Assembly (NCBI GenBank): GCA_964446485.1
Contig: CAYUOU010000003.1
Coordinates: 1,730-65,729 of the forward strand
Origin: an uncultured Desulfobacterales bacterium
GTDB lineage: Bacteria > Desulfobacterota > Desulfobacteria > Desulfobacterales > JBDRRP01
Direction of reading: 5' to 3'
Length of the DNA: 64,000 bases
Shown here: piece by piece, positions 9,169 to 17,639 of the stretch
Position numbering within the stretch: the stretch's first letter is position 1
How the letters are laid out: every line of letters begins with the position of its first letter
Translations under genes and position numbers: made by a program
Notes under the pieces: generated by a model
Told to the model about the DNA's origin: nothing
Seen by the model: only the letters and a program-made list of their open reading frames with translations
The model's database searches: none

Positions 9169-10838
9169 AGCGGTTTCAGCGGGTGGTGCAGGCGATCACC
9201 CTGACGGTGTTTTTGCTGCTCCTGGCCGCCGCCGGGTTTCCTCTGGCCGGCTACCTGCCCTTTGATGGGTTTTTGCGGATGGACCCGGTGGCCGGCGCCG
9301 TGGCCTCCATCAGCGCGCGGCAGGTTATCGCCGCTTTCTGGCCGGCATTGGTCGTCATCGCCGGCACTTTTTTGCTGGGGCGGTTTTTCTGCGGTTACGT
9401 CTGCCCCATGGGGACCACCATCGATATGGCCGACCGTGCGGCGGCACCCCGGCGGCTCGCGAGAGATTCGCCTGACACCCACCGACGATGGTCCCCGGTC
9501 CCTTATATCCTTCTGTCGTTTCTTCTGGGAAGCGCCGCCCTCGGTGTGTCTCTGGTTTTTGTTGCCAGCCCCTTGGCGCTCATCACCCGATTTTACGGCA
9601 ACCTCGTAATGCCCGTCCTGGCCCTATTCGTTGATGGCCTGCTGCGGGCCGCGGCGGCGCTGCCGCCGGCGTTGAGACCTGATGCAGTGGTGTCGGCATC
9701 GTTCCCGGTGAACCGGTTTGCCCACGCATGGTTTCTGGTGATCTTTTTTGGCGGGATCTTTGCCGCCGCCACCGTGGCCCAGCGGTTCTGGTGTCGGTAT
9801 CTTTGTCCGGCCGGTGCGGTGCTGTCGCTCTGTAGCCGCAGACCGCTGATAAGACGTCAAGTGACGGAGGATTGCATCGACTGCGGCCAATGCCAACAGG
9901 GCTGTCCCATGGGCGCTATCGATGACCAGGAGGCGCGGCGCACCCAACACAGCGCCTGCATCGCCTGCCAGCGGTGCGTTGCGGTGTGTCCCGTGGCGGC
10001 CGTTTCCTTTACCGGTGGAATGGATCGCGATGCCGCCGTCTCGCTGGATCGGCGGCGAATCCTGGGCTCGGGCGTCGCCGGTGCGGCAGCAGCCATGGTA
10101 TCGCTGACAGGGCTGACGCATCTCCATGGTCCCGCGGGTGCCCAGATGATTCCGCCCGACCTTATTCGACCGCCGGGCAGCCTGCCGGAAGACGCTTTTC
10201 TGGCACGCTGTCTGCGCTGCGGCGCGTGTTTAGCGGCCTGCCCCACCAACACCCTTCAACCGCTGGGATTGGCCATTGGGTTCACCGGATTGTTCAGTCC
10301 GGTGCTGACGCCGCGTCGCGGGCCTTGTGAACCCGGGTGCAATGTGTGCGGCTGGGTCTGCCCCAGCGGCGCCATCCGCGCACTGCCGCTTCGTGAGAAA
10401 ACCTGGGCGAAAATGGGGACGGCCCATATTTTAAAAGAGCAGTGCCTGGCGTGGGAGTTCAACCGTCGGTGCCTGGTGTGTGATGAGGTCTGCCCCTACG
10501 ATGCCGTGGCGCTGAAGCAGGAGAAAGGCCACGCTGTCGGTGTGCCGGTGGTCGATGAGGATCGCTGCGCGGGCTGTGGGCTGTGCGAGCATCATTGTCC
10601 GGTGCGGGGGGCAAAGGCCATCGTCGTGGGACCCATGGGGGAGCTGCGCTTGGCGACCGGCAGCTACCGGGACGCGGCGCGCGCTCAGGGGCTGTCACTG
10701 GTGCTGGCCGTCGACAGGGCGGCCCGCGTTGGCACCAGTCAAAGCACCGCCGCCCCGGTTCTTGGATATCCGGCCGCTTCGGGAGAGACTGAGAGACCGG
10801 GTGCCGGCGACAGCCTGCCGCCCGGGTTTACAAGGTAG
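9165..10838 (+). CDS. Membrane-anchored polyferredoxin (NapH/MauN-like N-terminus plus multiple 4Fe-4S motifs)
   Basis: The GTG start overlaps the upstream stop (GTGA). Two CxxxCP motifs sit in TM segments (FFCGYVCPMG, FWCRYLCPAG). Six CxxCxxCxxxCP-type motifs follow (CIDCGQCQQGCP, CIACQRCVAVCP, CLRCGACLAACP, CNVCGWVCP, CLVCDEVCP, CAGCGLCEHHCP). Confidence 0.8.
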   Translation: MKRFQRVVQAITLTVFLLLLAAAGFPLAGYLPFDGFLRMDPVAGAVASISARQVIAAFWPALVVIAGTFLLGRFFCGYVCPMGTTIDMADRAAAPRRLARDSPDTHRRWSPVPYILLSFLLGSAALGVSLVFVASPLALITRFYGNLVMPVLALFVDGLLRAAAALPPALRPDAVVSASFPVNRFAHAWFLVIFFGGIFAAATVAQRFWCRYLCPAGAVLSLCSRRPLIRRQVTEDCIDCGQCQQGCPMGAIDDQEARRTQHSACIACQRCVAVCPVAAVSFTGGMDRDAAVSLDRRRILGSGVAGAAAAMVSLTGLTHLHGPAGAQMIPPDLIRPPGSLPEDAFLARCLRCGACLAACPTNTLQPLGLAIGFTGLFSPVLTPRRGPCEPGCNVCGWVCPSGAIRALPLREKTWAKMGTAHILKEQCLAWEFNRRCLVCDEVCPYDAVALKQEKGHAVGVPVVDEDRCAGCGLCEHHCPVRGAKAIVVGPMGELRLATGSYRDAARAQGLSLVLAVDRAARVGTSQSTAAPVLGYPAASGETERPGAGDSLPPGFTR

Positions 10839-10875
10839 GGGATGCAACCTCGGGGTTAAGAAAGATGAAGCGCTC

Positions 10876-11325
10876 ATGACGACAATACTCGATGATTATC
10901 CGGTGACGGTGGACATTCCTGTGGCCTGGGGAGAGATGGACGCGTTTCAGCATGTCAACAACGTGGCCTATTTCCGGTACTTCGAAACGGCCCGGATCGC
11001 CTATTTTACGGCGCTCGACCTCATGCGAACCATGGCAGAGACCGGCATCGGCCCCATTCTGGCTGAAACGCGCTGCCGTTACCGGATTCCCTTGACCTAC
11101 CCGGACACCGTGACCGTTGGCGCCCGGGTGAGCAGCATCGGCGATGACCGGTTCATCATGCTTTACCGGGTGGCCAGTGCCGGCCACGGCAAAATAGCCG
11201 CCGAAGGAGACGGTCTTTTGGTGGCCTTCGATTACGGCGCGGGGAAGAAGGTGGCCGTTCCAGAGAACCTCATGCGCGGTATTCGTGCGCTCGAGCGTCT
11301 GCCGGTGGTGCGGATTGAGGGATGA
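10876..11325 (+). CDS. Acyl-CoA thioesterase, 4HBT/YbgC family
   Basis: VAWGEMDAFQHVNNVAYFRYFETARIAYF is the hot-dog fold YbgC signature. The internal ATG is chosen over the long 5' ORF extension. Confidence 0.8.
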   Translation: MTTILDDYPVTVDIPVAWGEMDAFQHVNNVAYFRYFETARIAYFTALDLMRTMAETGIGPILAETRCRYRIPLTYPDTVTVGARVSSIGDDRFIMLYRVASAGHGKIAAEGDGLLVAFDYGAGKKVAVPENLMRGIRALERLPVVRIEG

Positions 11326-11507
11326 ACGCGCAAGACCGGTTCTGGAAGCGCACCGCTGAACCGTGGGAACCCCTCTGTGACTGTGAGCGGTATGCCCGCG
11401 GCTGCCTTCAGAGACTGGCGGATCAAAAGACCGGAGACATATACGACACAGACATCGACCTGTCTTTTCCGGGCCGGCCGCTATCATTTCAAGGAGAATC
11501 ATCATGA
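11322..11507 (+). CDS. Small hypothetical protein (61 aa) with a CDCERYARGC motif
   Basis: Its ATG overlaps the thioesterase stop (ATGA) and its stop overlaps the next ATG (ATGA). No homology was recognised. Confidence 0.35.
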   Translation: MNAQDRFWKRTAEPWEPLCDCERYARGCLQRLADQKTGDIYDTDIDLSFPGRPLSFQGESS

Positions 11508-12529
11508 CCATTCCCGGTAATTTATTGACGACCGCCATGGCCGTCATGCCGCACACGGATGCGGACCGCGCTATGGAAACCGCCCTGAGTCTGGACATCC
11601 CCTTCTGGCCGCAGCTGCCGAGACTGGACTACACCGAGGACATGTACGTTCAGGCCAGCGAACATTTTCCGGGGATTCTCCTCGACATGGACAAGCAGAC
11701 GCTGGCCTTTTCCATCGAAAAGTTCATCTTCGAGCTTGAGGCGACCATGGCCCATTTCGAGGAGCCGGCATATTTTGATATCAGCCCGGACTATTCGGCG
11801 GTTTACCATCGCTTCCTGGCCATGGATTTCACCGATCGCCCGGCCATCCGCGGGCAGTTGGAGGGGCCGGTAAGCTTCGGTCTCAATGTCCTTGACCAGG
11901 ACAAAAGGCCGATATTATTCAACGATACGGTCCGCCCCTTCATGTTCGAAATCATGGCAAAGCGGATCAATGTGCAGCTCTCCCGGCTCAAGCAGCTGAA
12001 TCCAAACGCCTTTATGTTCGTGGACGAACCGGGGCTCCAGTTCCTTTTCAGCGCCATGAGCGGCTATGACGCCCAGCAGGCCAGGCCGGACATGGATCTT
12101 TTCCTGTCCATGGTGGATCGGCCCTGCGGTATTCACCTGTGCGGGAACCCCGACTGGGATTTTCTTCTCAATCTGGACATGGACATCCTCTCGCTGGACG
12201 TGTTCACCAACGGCGAGATTTTTCCCAAATATGCCAGAGGCATCGGGAAATTTCTGGACCGGGGGGGCACTATCGTGTGGGGCATCGTCCCCACCAATTT
12301 CGAACCCTTCACTGAAAGCCGGGTGGATCTCCTTGAATGGCGGCTGGAGGCCATGTGGAAGCAACTTGTCGACAAGGGGATCGACCGCGACCTGCTGCTG
12401 TCGCGCAGTTTACTGTCGCCGGCTACCTGCTGCCTGGTCAATCCGGACGGTGAGCAGACCGTGGAGAAGGCCTTTTCCATGCTGCGGGCGCTGTCTTTGC
12501 AACTCCGGGAAAAATATCGGCTGTCGTAG
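11504..12529 (+). CDS. Short MetE C-terminal-domain-like (Meth_synt_2/UROD superfamily) putative Zn-dependent methyltransferase
   Basis: GIHLCGNPDW ... NLDMDILSLD ... LLSPATCCLVNP is collinear with the MetE zinc-site motifs as I recall them (HxC, acidic residue, C). An AAGGAG SD precedes the start. Confidence 0.55.
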   Translation: MTIPGNLLTTAMAVMPHTDADRAMETALSLDIPFWPQLPRLDYTEDMYVQASEHFPGILLDMDKQTLAFSIEKFIFELEATMAHFEEPAYFDISPDYSAVYHRFLAMDFTDRPAIRGQLEGPVSFGLNVLDQDKRPILFNDTVRPFMFEIMAKRINVQLSRLKQLNPNAFMFVDEPGLQFLFSAMSGYDAQQARPDMDLFLSMVDRPCGIHLCGNPDWDFLLNLDMDILSLDVFTNGEIFPKYARGIGKFLDRGGTIVWGIVPTNFEPFTESRVDLLEWRLEAMWKQLVDKGIDRDLLLSRSLLSPATCCLVNPDGEQTVEKAFSMLRALSLQLREKYRLS

Positions 12530-12541
12530 CGGCAGGCCCCC

Positions 12542-12907
12542 GTGCCTGCCGCTACGCATTTTGGAAAGGATCTGCCGCCCGTGACTCTGGACGAACTTCA
12601 ACAGACGGTCGACCGATGGGTGACCACCATCGGTGTGCGCTATTACAGCGAACTCACCAATACGGCGATTCTTATGGAAGAGGTGGGTGAGCTGGCGCGG
12701 ATCATGGCCCGCCAGTTCGGCGACCAGAGTTTCAAAGCGGGCGAGTCCCCCGACCGCCTGGCCGACGAGATCGCCGATGTGCTTTTCGTTCTGGTGTGTC
12801 TGGCCAATCAGACCGGCGTGGACCTCACCGCGGCGGTGGCGGCGAATCTTCATAAGAAGACCATCCGGGATGCGGCGCGTCACGCCGCCAATGCCAAACT
12901 TCGATAG
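12542..12907 (+). CDS. MazG-like nucleotide pyrophosphohydrolase domain protein
   Basis: LMEEVGELARIM ... LADEIADVLFVLVCLAN are the EExxE / ExxD metal-binding helices of MazG/YpjD-type proteins. Confidence 0.85.
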   Translation: MPAATHFGKDLPPVTLDELQQTVDRWVTTIGVRYYSELTNTAILMEEVGELARIMARQFGDQSFKAGESPDRLADEIADVLFVLVCLANQTGVDLTAAVAANLHKKTIRDAARHAANAKLR

Positions 12908-12916
12908 TCCGTTTGT

Positions 12917-13225
12917 TCAACACCCCGCACGCAGGAATTGCCGGAGGTTGGTGGATACCTTGCGTAAGTCCAGTTTTTTGCGGATGTTGAGACGGTGGGT
13001 TTCAACCGTGCGGATCTTTTGTGTGAGGATTTCGAATCGCAATCGCACTTTTCGGGCGCTGATATCCAGTACCGTGTATCGGGCGTACCGGCTCAAACGC
13101 TGGGAATACCACGGCACCCGCTGGTAGATGAGGCGCACCGGAAAGAGGGAGGTGATGGCATTGATGAAGCTGGGGTTGGCGTCCGTATTGATGCAGCGCA
13201 TCCGCGGTTCCGCGGCCCTGCCCAC
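12917..13225 (-). CDS. Short LuxR/GerE-type HTH protein, possibly degenerate
   Basis: The C-terminal TVETHRLNIRKKLDL is a clear GerE recognition helix. The upstream part of the HTH and the N-terminus are not recognisable. Confidence 0.4.
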   Translation of the reverse strand: MGRAAEPRMRCINTDANPSFINAITSLFPVRLIYQRVPWYSQRLSRYARYTVLDISARKVRLRFEILTQKIRTVETHRLNIRKKLDLRKVSTNLRQFLRAGC

Positions 13226-13249
13226 GGCACTGCGCCCAATCCGCTGATG

Positions 13250-14287
13250 CTAAATCCGGCCTTCGGACACGCCATGACAGGCGACCAGCGTGCCGGTATC
13301 CAACGCAGCGCGTGTGGGAATCTCCTCCCGACATCGTGCATCGGCATGGGGACAGCGCCCGTGGAATACACACCCCGGCGGCAGATGAATGGGCGTGGGG
13401 ACTTCTCCCTTGAGTCGGATATGGCGAAGCCCTTTTTCGCCCAGTTTGGGAATGGCGCTGAGCAGTGCCCGGGTGTAGGGGTGCCGGGGGGTGGTGAAAA
13501 GGGTTTCCGTATCCGCCAGCTCGCACAGGGTTCCCAGATACATGACCGCCACCCGGGTGCTGATGTGTCGCACCACGCCAAGGTCGTGGGAAATGAACAG
13601 ATAGGTGAGGTTCAAGCGTTGCTGCATTTCCATGAGCAGATTGAGAATCTGTGCTTGAATCGATACATCCAGTGCACTTACCGGTTCATCGGCGACGATG
13701 AAGACCGGGTTCACCGTGAGGGCGCGGGCGATGCTGATGCGCTGACGCTGACCGCCGGAAAACTCATGGGGGAAACGGCCCCCCCACGTTGGATCGACAC
13801 CCACCTGCCGCATCACGTCTGCCACGCGGTCTTCGATTTCAGTTGCCGACATACCGCCATGGTGGAAGCGTACCGGCTCTTCCAACGTCTGGCGAACCGT
13901 TTTTCTGGGGTTCAGGGATGCATAGGGATCCTGAAAAATCATTTGCATTTTCGCCCTGAACGGCAGCATGCGCTCAGGAGACAAATCATCGATGCGTGCG
14001 TCACCGAAATAGACCGCACCGCTGTTGGGCGGGTAGAGGCCCATGACGGTGCGGGCCAGCGTCGATTTCCCGCAGCCGCTTTCTCCCACGACACTGACGG
14101 TTTCTCCCCGGCCGATGCTGAAGCTGACATCATTGACGGCTTTGACCGTGATGCGCCGCCGTCGAAGCCGTCCGTTCTCCCAGCGGAGCTGGTCCAGCAG
14201 GCCGCCGGAGATGTCAAAGTGCTTGACCAGGCGCTCGATGCGCAGCAGCGTCGGTGGCGCCGCCCCGGATGTGGGCGTATCGGTCAT
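13250..14287 (-). CDS. Peptide ABC transporter ATP-binding protein (OppF/DppF-type)
   Basis: Walker A GESGCGKST, signature FSGGQRQR and Walker B FIVADEPVSALD. The ORF extends to 14407, but ATG 14287 avoids overlap with the upstream gene. Confidence 0.85.
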   Translation of the reverse strand: MTDTPTSGAAPPTLLRIERLVKHFDISGGLLDQLRWENGRLRRRRITVKAVNDVSFSIGRGETVSVVGESGCGKSTLARTVMGLYPPNSGAVYFGDARIDDLSPERMLPFRAKMQMIFQDPYASLNPRKTVRQTLEEPVRFHHGGMSATEIEDRVADVMRQVGVDPTWGGRFPHEFSGGQRQRISIARALTVNPVFIVADEPVSALDVSIQAQILNLLMEMQQRLNLTYLFISHDLGVVRHISTRVAVMYLGTLCELADTETLFTTPRHPYTRALLSAIPKLGEKGLRHIRLKGEVPTPIHLPPGCVFHGRCPHADARCREEIPTRAALDTGTLVACHGVSEGRI

Positions 14288-14309
14288 GACCGGTCTTTGT
14301 TTTTCGCCG

Positions 14310-15383
14310 TTACCGTAGAGCATGATGGGGTGTTCCGGCAATGGGCTGATCCCGTTTCGGCCACCGGCCGTGGGGGAGGTTTTCGCCGATATCTCGTCCC
14401 GCTTCAACGGCCACCATGTGGCAGGCCGCCTGTCGGCCCGGCGTTTTTCCTGAAGTCAGTTCGGGTCTGCGCCGCCGGCACACATCGGCCATAAACGGAC
14501 AGCGCGGATGAAAGGCGCAGCCCGGGGGGATGGCCGTGAGGGTGGGCATCATGCCCGGTATCTGATGCAACCGCTCACCGGGTTTCAGGCTCCCGGGAAG
14601 CGCCCGAAGCAGACCAATGGTGTATGGATGATGCGGCTCCCGGATGATGTCGTCGGTAGTGCCGGTCTCGATGATGCGGCCGGCGTACATGACGGCGATG
14701 CGTTCGGTGACCTGGGAGACAACGCCCAGATCATGAGTGATCAGAATCAGCCCCATGGCCGAAGTGTCGCAGAGTTCCTTGAGGAGATCCATGATTTCGG
14801 CCTGGATGGTGACATCCAGTGCCGTGGTGGGCTCGTCGGCGATGATCAGTAGCGGATCGCTGACCAGGGCGATGGCAATGACGACCCGCTGGCGCATTCC
14901 CCCGGACAGTTCGTGGGGGTATTGTGTGAGGCGTTTTTCCGGTGAGGGGATGTGGACGCTGCGCAGTTTTTCCAGTGCCAGCGCCTCGGCCTCGGCGGAG
15001 CTGATGTGCCGGTGGGCATGGAGCGTCTCCACCATCTGGGTGCCGACGGTGAGCACCGGGTTGAGGGTCATCATGGGGTCTTGGAAGATCATGCTGATCC
15101 GATTGCCCCGAATGTTTCGAATGGCATCTTCTGAGAGACCGGCCAGGTCGTTTCCCTGGAAGAGGATGCGTCCCTTGGAAATGTAGCCCGGTTTACTGAT
15201 GAGGTTGATGATGGCAAAGCCGGTCACCGACTTGCCGGCACCGCTTTCACCCACCAGACCGATGCGTTCTCCGGCATCCAGAGTGAAGCTGACGCCGTCA
15301 ATGGCGGTGAGTTCGCCGGTGCGCAGGGCGAATTTGACTTCAAGATCTTCGACTTCGAGCAAGTGGGACATGGCTGAAATCAT
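14310..15383 (-). CDS. Peptide ABC transporter ATP-binding protein (OppD/DppD-type)
   Basis: Walker A GESGAGKSV, signature LSGGMRQR and Walker B LIIADEPTTALD. Confidence 0.9.
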   Translation of the reverse strand: MISAMSHLLEVEDLEVKFALRTGELTAIDGVSFTLDAGERIGLVGESGAGKSVTGFAIINLISKPGYISKGRILFQGNDLAGLSEDAIRNIRGNRISMIFQDPMMTLNPVLTVGTQMVETLHAHRHISSAEAEALALEKLRSVHIPSPEKRLTQYPHELSGGMRQRVVIAIALVSDPLLIIADEPTTALDVTIQAEIMDLLKELCDTSAMGLILITHDLGVVSQVTERIAVMYAGRIIETGTTDDIIREPHHPYTIGLLRALPGSLKPGERLHQIPGMMPTLTAIPPGCAFHPRCPFMADVCRRRRPELTSGKTPGRQAACHMVAVEAGRDIGENLPHGRWPKRDQPIAGTPHHALR

Positions 15384-15428
15384 AAGTTTACAGTGTCAGG
15401 TGTTGATGCAACGATGGTATCGAGTATA

Positions 15429-16349
15429 TCACCCCTTATACAGCTTGGGATTGAGTACATCCCTCAGCCAATCCCCCAGCAAATTGATGACCAGCACCAG
15501 CAATACCAGCAGCACGCCGGGAAACAAGGTGATCCACCAGGACCCGCTGAAAATGTACTCGAAGCCGCTGCGGATCAGCGAGCCCAGAGACGGCGTTGTG
15601 ACCGGCATGCCCAGCCCCAGGAAACTCAAGGCCGCCTCGCTCATGACGGCGTTGGCCACCTGGATGGTGGAGATGACCAGCACCGAGGTGAGGGTGTTGG
15701 GCAGTACGTGTCGAAACATGATGATGCGCCTGCTTAGACCGATCACACGGGCGGCCTCCACGTATTCCTTGTTTTTTTCCCCCATGACCGCGGCCCGCAC
15801 CGTGCGCGCATACACGGGCCATTCGGCCAGGCCGATGATGACGATGAGCAGCGGCACGGCCAACTGGGCATAGCGCCCGATGCCGAAGGCCACCTGGAAA
15901 ATCGCCGAGATGAAAATGGCCACCATGAGATAGGGGAAGCTCAACTGGATGTCGGCAATGCGCATGAGGCCGGCATCGGTCCGGCCCCCGATGTAGCCGG
16001 CGGTCAATCCCACGAGAATGCCGATGAACGCCTGGAGAAATACGGCGCCGCTGCCGATGAGCAGACTCAGCCGGAGTCCATACAACATAGTGCTGAGCAT
16101 GTCGCGGCCCTGAATGTCGGTTCCCAGAAGAAATGTCGTCTCGCCTTCGGGCACCCAGGCCGGCGGCATCTCCGAGTTCATGATGTCGATGTTTTCGGCG
16201 TCGTAAGGATTGCTGGGGGAGATCACCGGCGCCAGCAGTCCCGCAACCACGAGAACGACCAGCACGGCAAAACTGGCCATGGCCACTTTGTCGCGAGTGA
16301 AGCTGTACAGAAAATAGGATTCTCGGAATTTTTGCCAGCGTCGGTTCAT
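15429..16349 (-). CDS. Peptide ABC transporter permease (OppC/DppC-type)
   Basis: MNRRWQKFRESY... with multiple TM segments and the EAA-like loop EYVEAARVIGLSRRIIMFRHVLPN. The start overlaps the upstream stop (ATGA). Confidence 0.9.
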   Translation of the reverse strand: MNRRWQKFRESYFLYSFTRDKVAMASFAVLVVLVVAGLLAPVISPSNPYDAENIDIMNSEMPPAWVPEGETTFLLGTDIQGRDMLSTMLYGLRLSLLIGSGAVFLQAFIGILVGLTAGYIGGRTDAGLMRIADIQLSFPYLMVAIFISAIFQVAFGIGRYAQLAVPLLIVIIGLAEWPVYARTVRAAVMGEKNKEYVEAARVIGLSRRIIMFRHVLPNTLTSVLVISTIQVANAVMSEAALSFLGLGMPVTTPSLGSLIRSGFEYIFSGSWWITLFPGVLLVLLVLVINLLGDWLRDVLNPKLYKG

Positions 16350-17323
16350 GACGACCTGCCCGTAATGCGTACCATGGGATTGATGAATCCATAAATGATG
16401 TCCACCACGGTGTTGACCCCGACGAAAATAACCCCCACACACACCAGGTAGGCCACCAGCAGGGAGGTGTCTGAGCGTTCCACCGCTTCCAGGAACATGA
16501 ACCCCATGCCTTGCCACTGAAACACGGTCTCGGTGAGGATGGTGAACGCGAACATGATGCCGATCTGGACACCGAACACCGTCACCACCGGCAGCAGTGT
16601 GTTCTTGAACGCATGCAACAGCCAGACCCGTCGCCGGTGCAATCCCTTGGCCCAGGCAAACTTGATGTATTCGGTTTCCAGGACTTCCATCATTTCACTG
16701 CGGATGAGTCGAATGAACAGCGGCAGCATGATGGAGGCCAGAGAGACGCTTGGCAGAATGAGATGCTTGATGCCGTCGATGGTGAGAAACCCGGTTTGCC
16801 ACCCCCAGACGGACACGGTTTCGCCGCGGCCGTAAGAGGGCAGCCAGCCCAGTTCCACCGAGAACAGGTAGATAAACATGATGGCGGTGAGAAATACCGG
16901 AATGGACACGCCAAGGGTACTCACGCCCATGGTGATGCGGGAGAACCACCGACGTGGGTAAATGGCCGTGTAGACGCCCACGGGCAGGCTCACAAAAATC
17001 AGAATGAGGGCGGCGCCGATCACCAGTTCGATAGTGGCGGGGGCTTTGGAGAGAATGACCGCCATAGCCGGTTTTTTGTGAAAAAACGATTGGCCGACGT
17101 CACCCCGCGCGGCGTTCATGACGAAACGGGCATATTGTAAAACGAACGGGTCGTTGAGTCCCAGCCGATCTCGAATGGCGGCGCGTTCGGCCGGGGTCAC
17201 CCGTTCGCCCACGATATCGCGCACCGGGTCGCCGATCTCGTTTTTGATGGCAAACCCGACGAAGCTGATGACCAGCATGACCAGAACGGCTTGCAGGATT
17301 CGGCGGACGATGAAGGCGAACAT
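16346..17323 (-). CDS. Peptide ABC transporter permease (OppB/DppB-type)
   Basis: MFAFIVRRILQAVLVMLVISFVGF... and the loop YIKFAWAKGLHRRRVWLLHAFKN. Confidence 0.9.
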   Translation of the reverse strand: MFAFIVRRILQAVLVMLVISFVGFAIKNEIGDPVRDIVGERVTPAERAAIRDRLGLNDPFVLQYARFVMNAARGDVGQSFFHKKPAMAVILSKAPATIELVIGAALILIFVSLPVGVYTAIYPRRWFSRITMGVSTLGVSIPVFLTAIMFIYLFSVELGWLPSYGRGETVSVWGWQTGFLTIDGIKHLILPSVSLASIMLPLFIRLIRSEMMEVLETEYIKFAWAKGLHRRRVWLLHAFKNTLLPVVTVFGVQIGIMFAFTILTETVFQWQGMGFMFLEAVERSDTSLLVAYLVCVGVIFVGVNTVVDIIYGFINPMVRITGRSS

Positions 17324-17329
17324 CTGTTA

Positions 17330-17639
17330 ATCGTCTCCACAGACGGTGATCGTGTGCGCGGATCCCCGGGGCCATGGGGCCGGATGACAGCCGATATCTA
17401 TAGGTATTATGATTAAAACACAGATCCCTCGCTACGCTCGGGATGACATTTCATGCTCTTTTACGGGATTGTCTCCCTTGACGGTTCCGTAAAAGTCAGA
17501 ATCCGTTATTTGTTATTATCCCCACGAAGGCGGGTATCCAGTGTTTCAAGGTATCCCCGGACGCCCGCCGTCACGGCAGTGACACAACAAATGACTGCTT
17601 ACGGACCCATCTTCCCTGGTGTGCGTCGAAGCGGTGCGG
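17330..17639. repeat. Composite repeat-element spacer inside the peptide ABC operon
   Basis: Contains the imperfect hairpin CTTTTACGGGATTGTCTCCCTTGACGGTTCCGTAAAAG. Its arm (17474-17495) is the inverted copy of 6166-6187. Segments CCCTCGCTACGCTCGGGATGAC and CCCACGAAGGCGGGTATCCAG recall common deltaproteobacterial intergenic repeats. Confidence 0.5.

Noticed and set aside
10540-10875. Long 5' extensions of several ORFs in the track (10540, 3288, 3983, 9054, 37285, 39956, 46316, 58774 and others)
   Set aside because: These extensions overlap the preceding gene or lack homology. The internal starts coincide with the conserved N-termini and with SD sequences.
12995-14494. 499-aa plus-strand ORF
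   Set aside because: It is antisense to the OppF/OppD ATPase genes, which have intact Walker and signature motifs. It has no recognisable domains and shows GC-driven stop-codon depletion.
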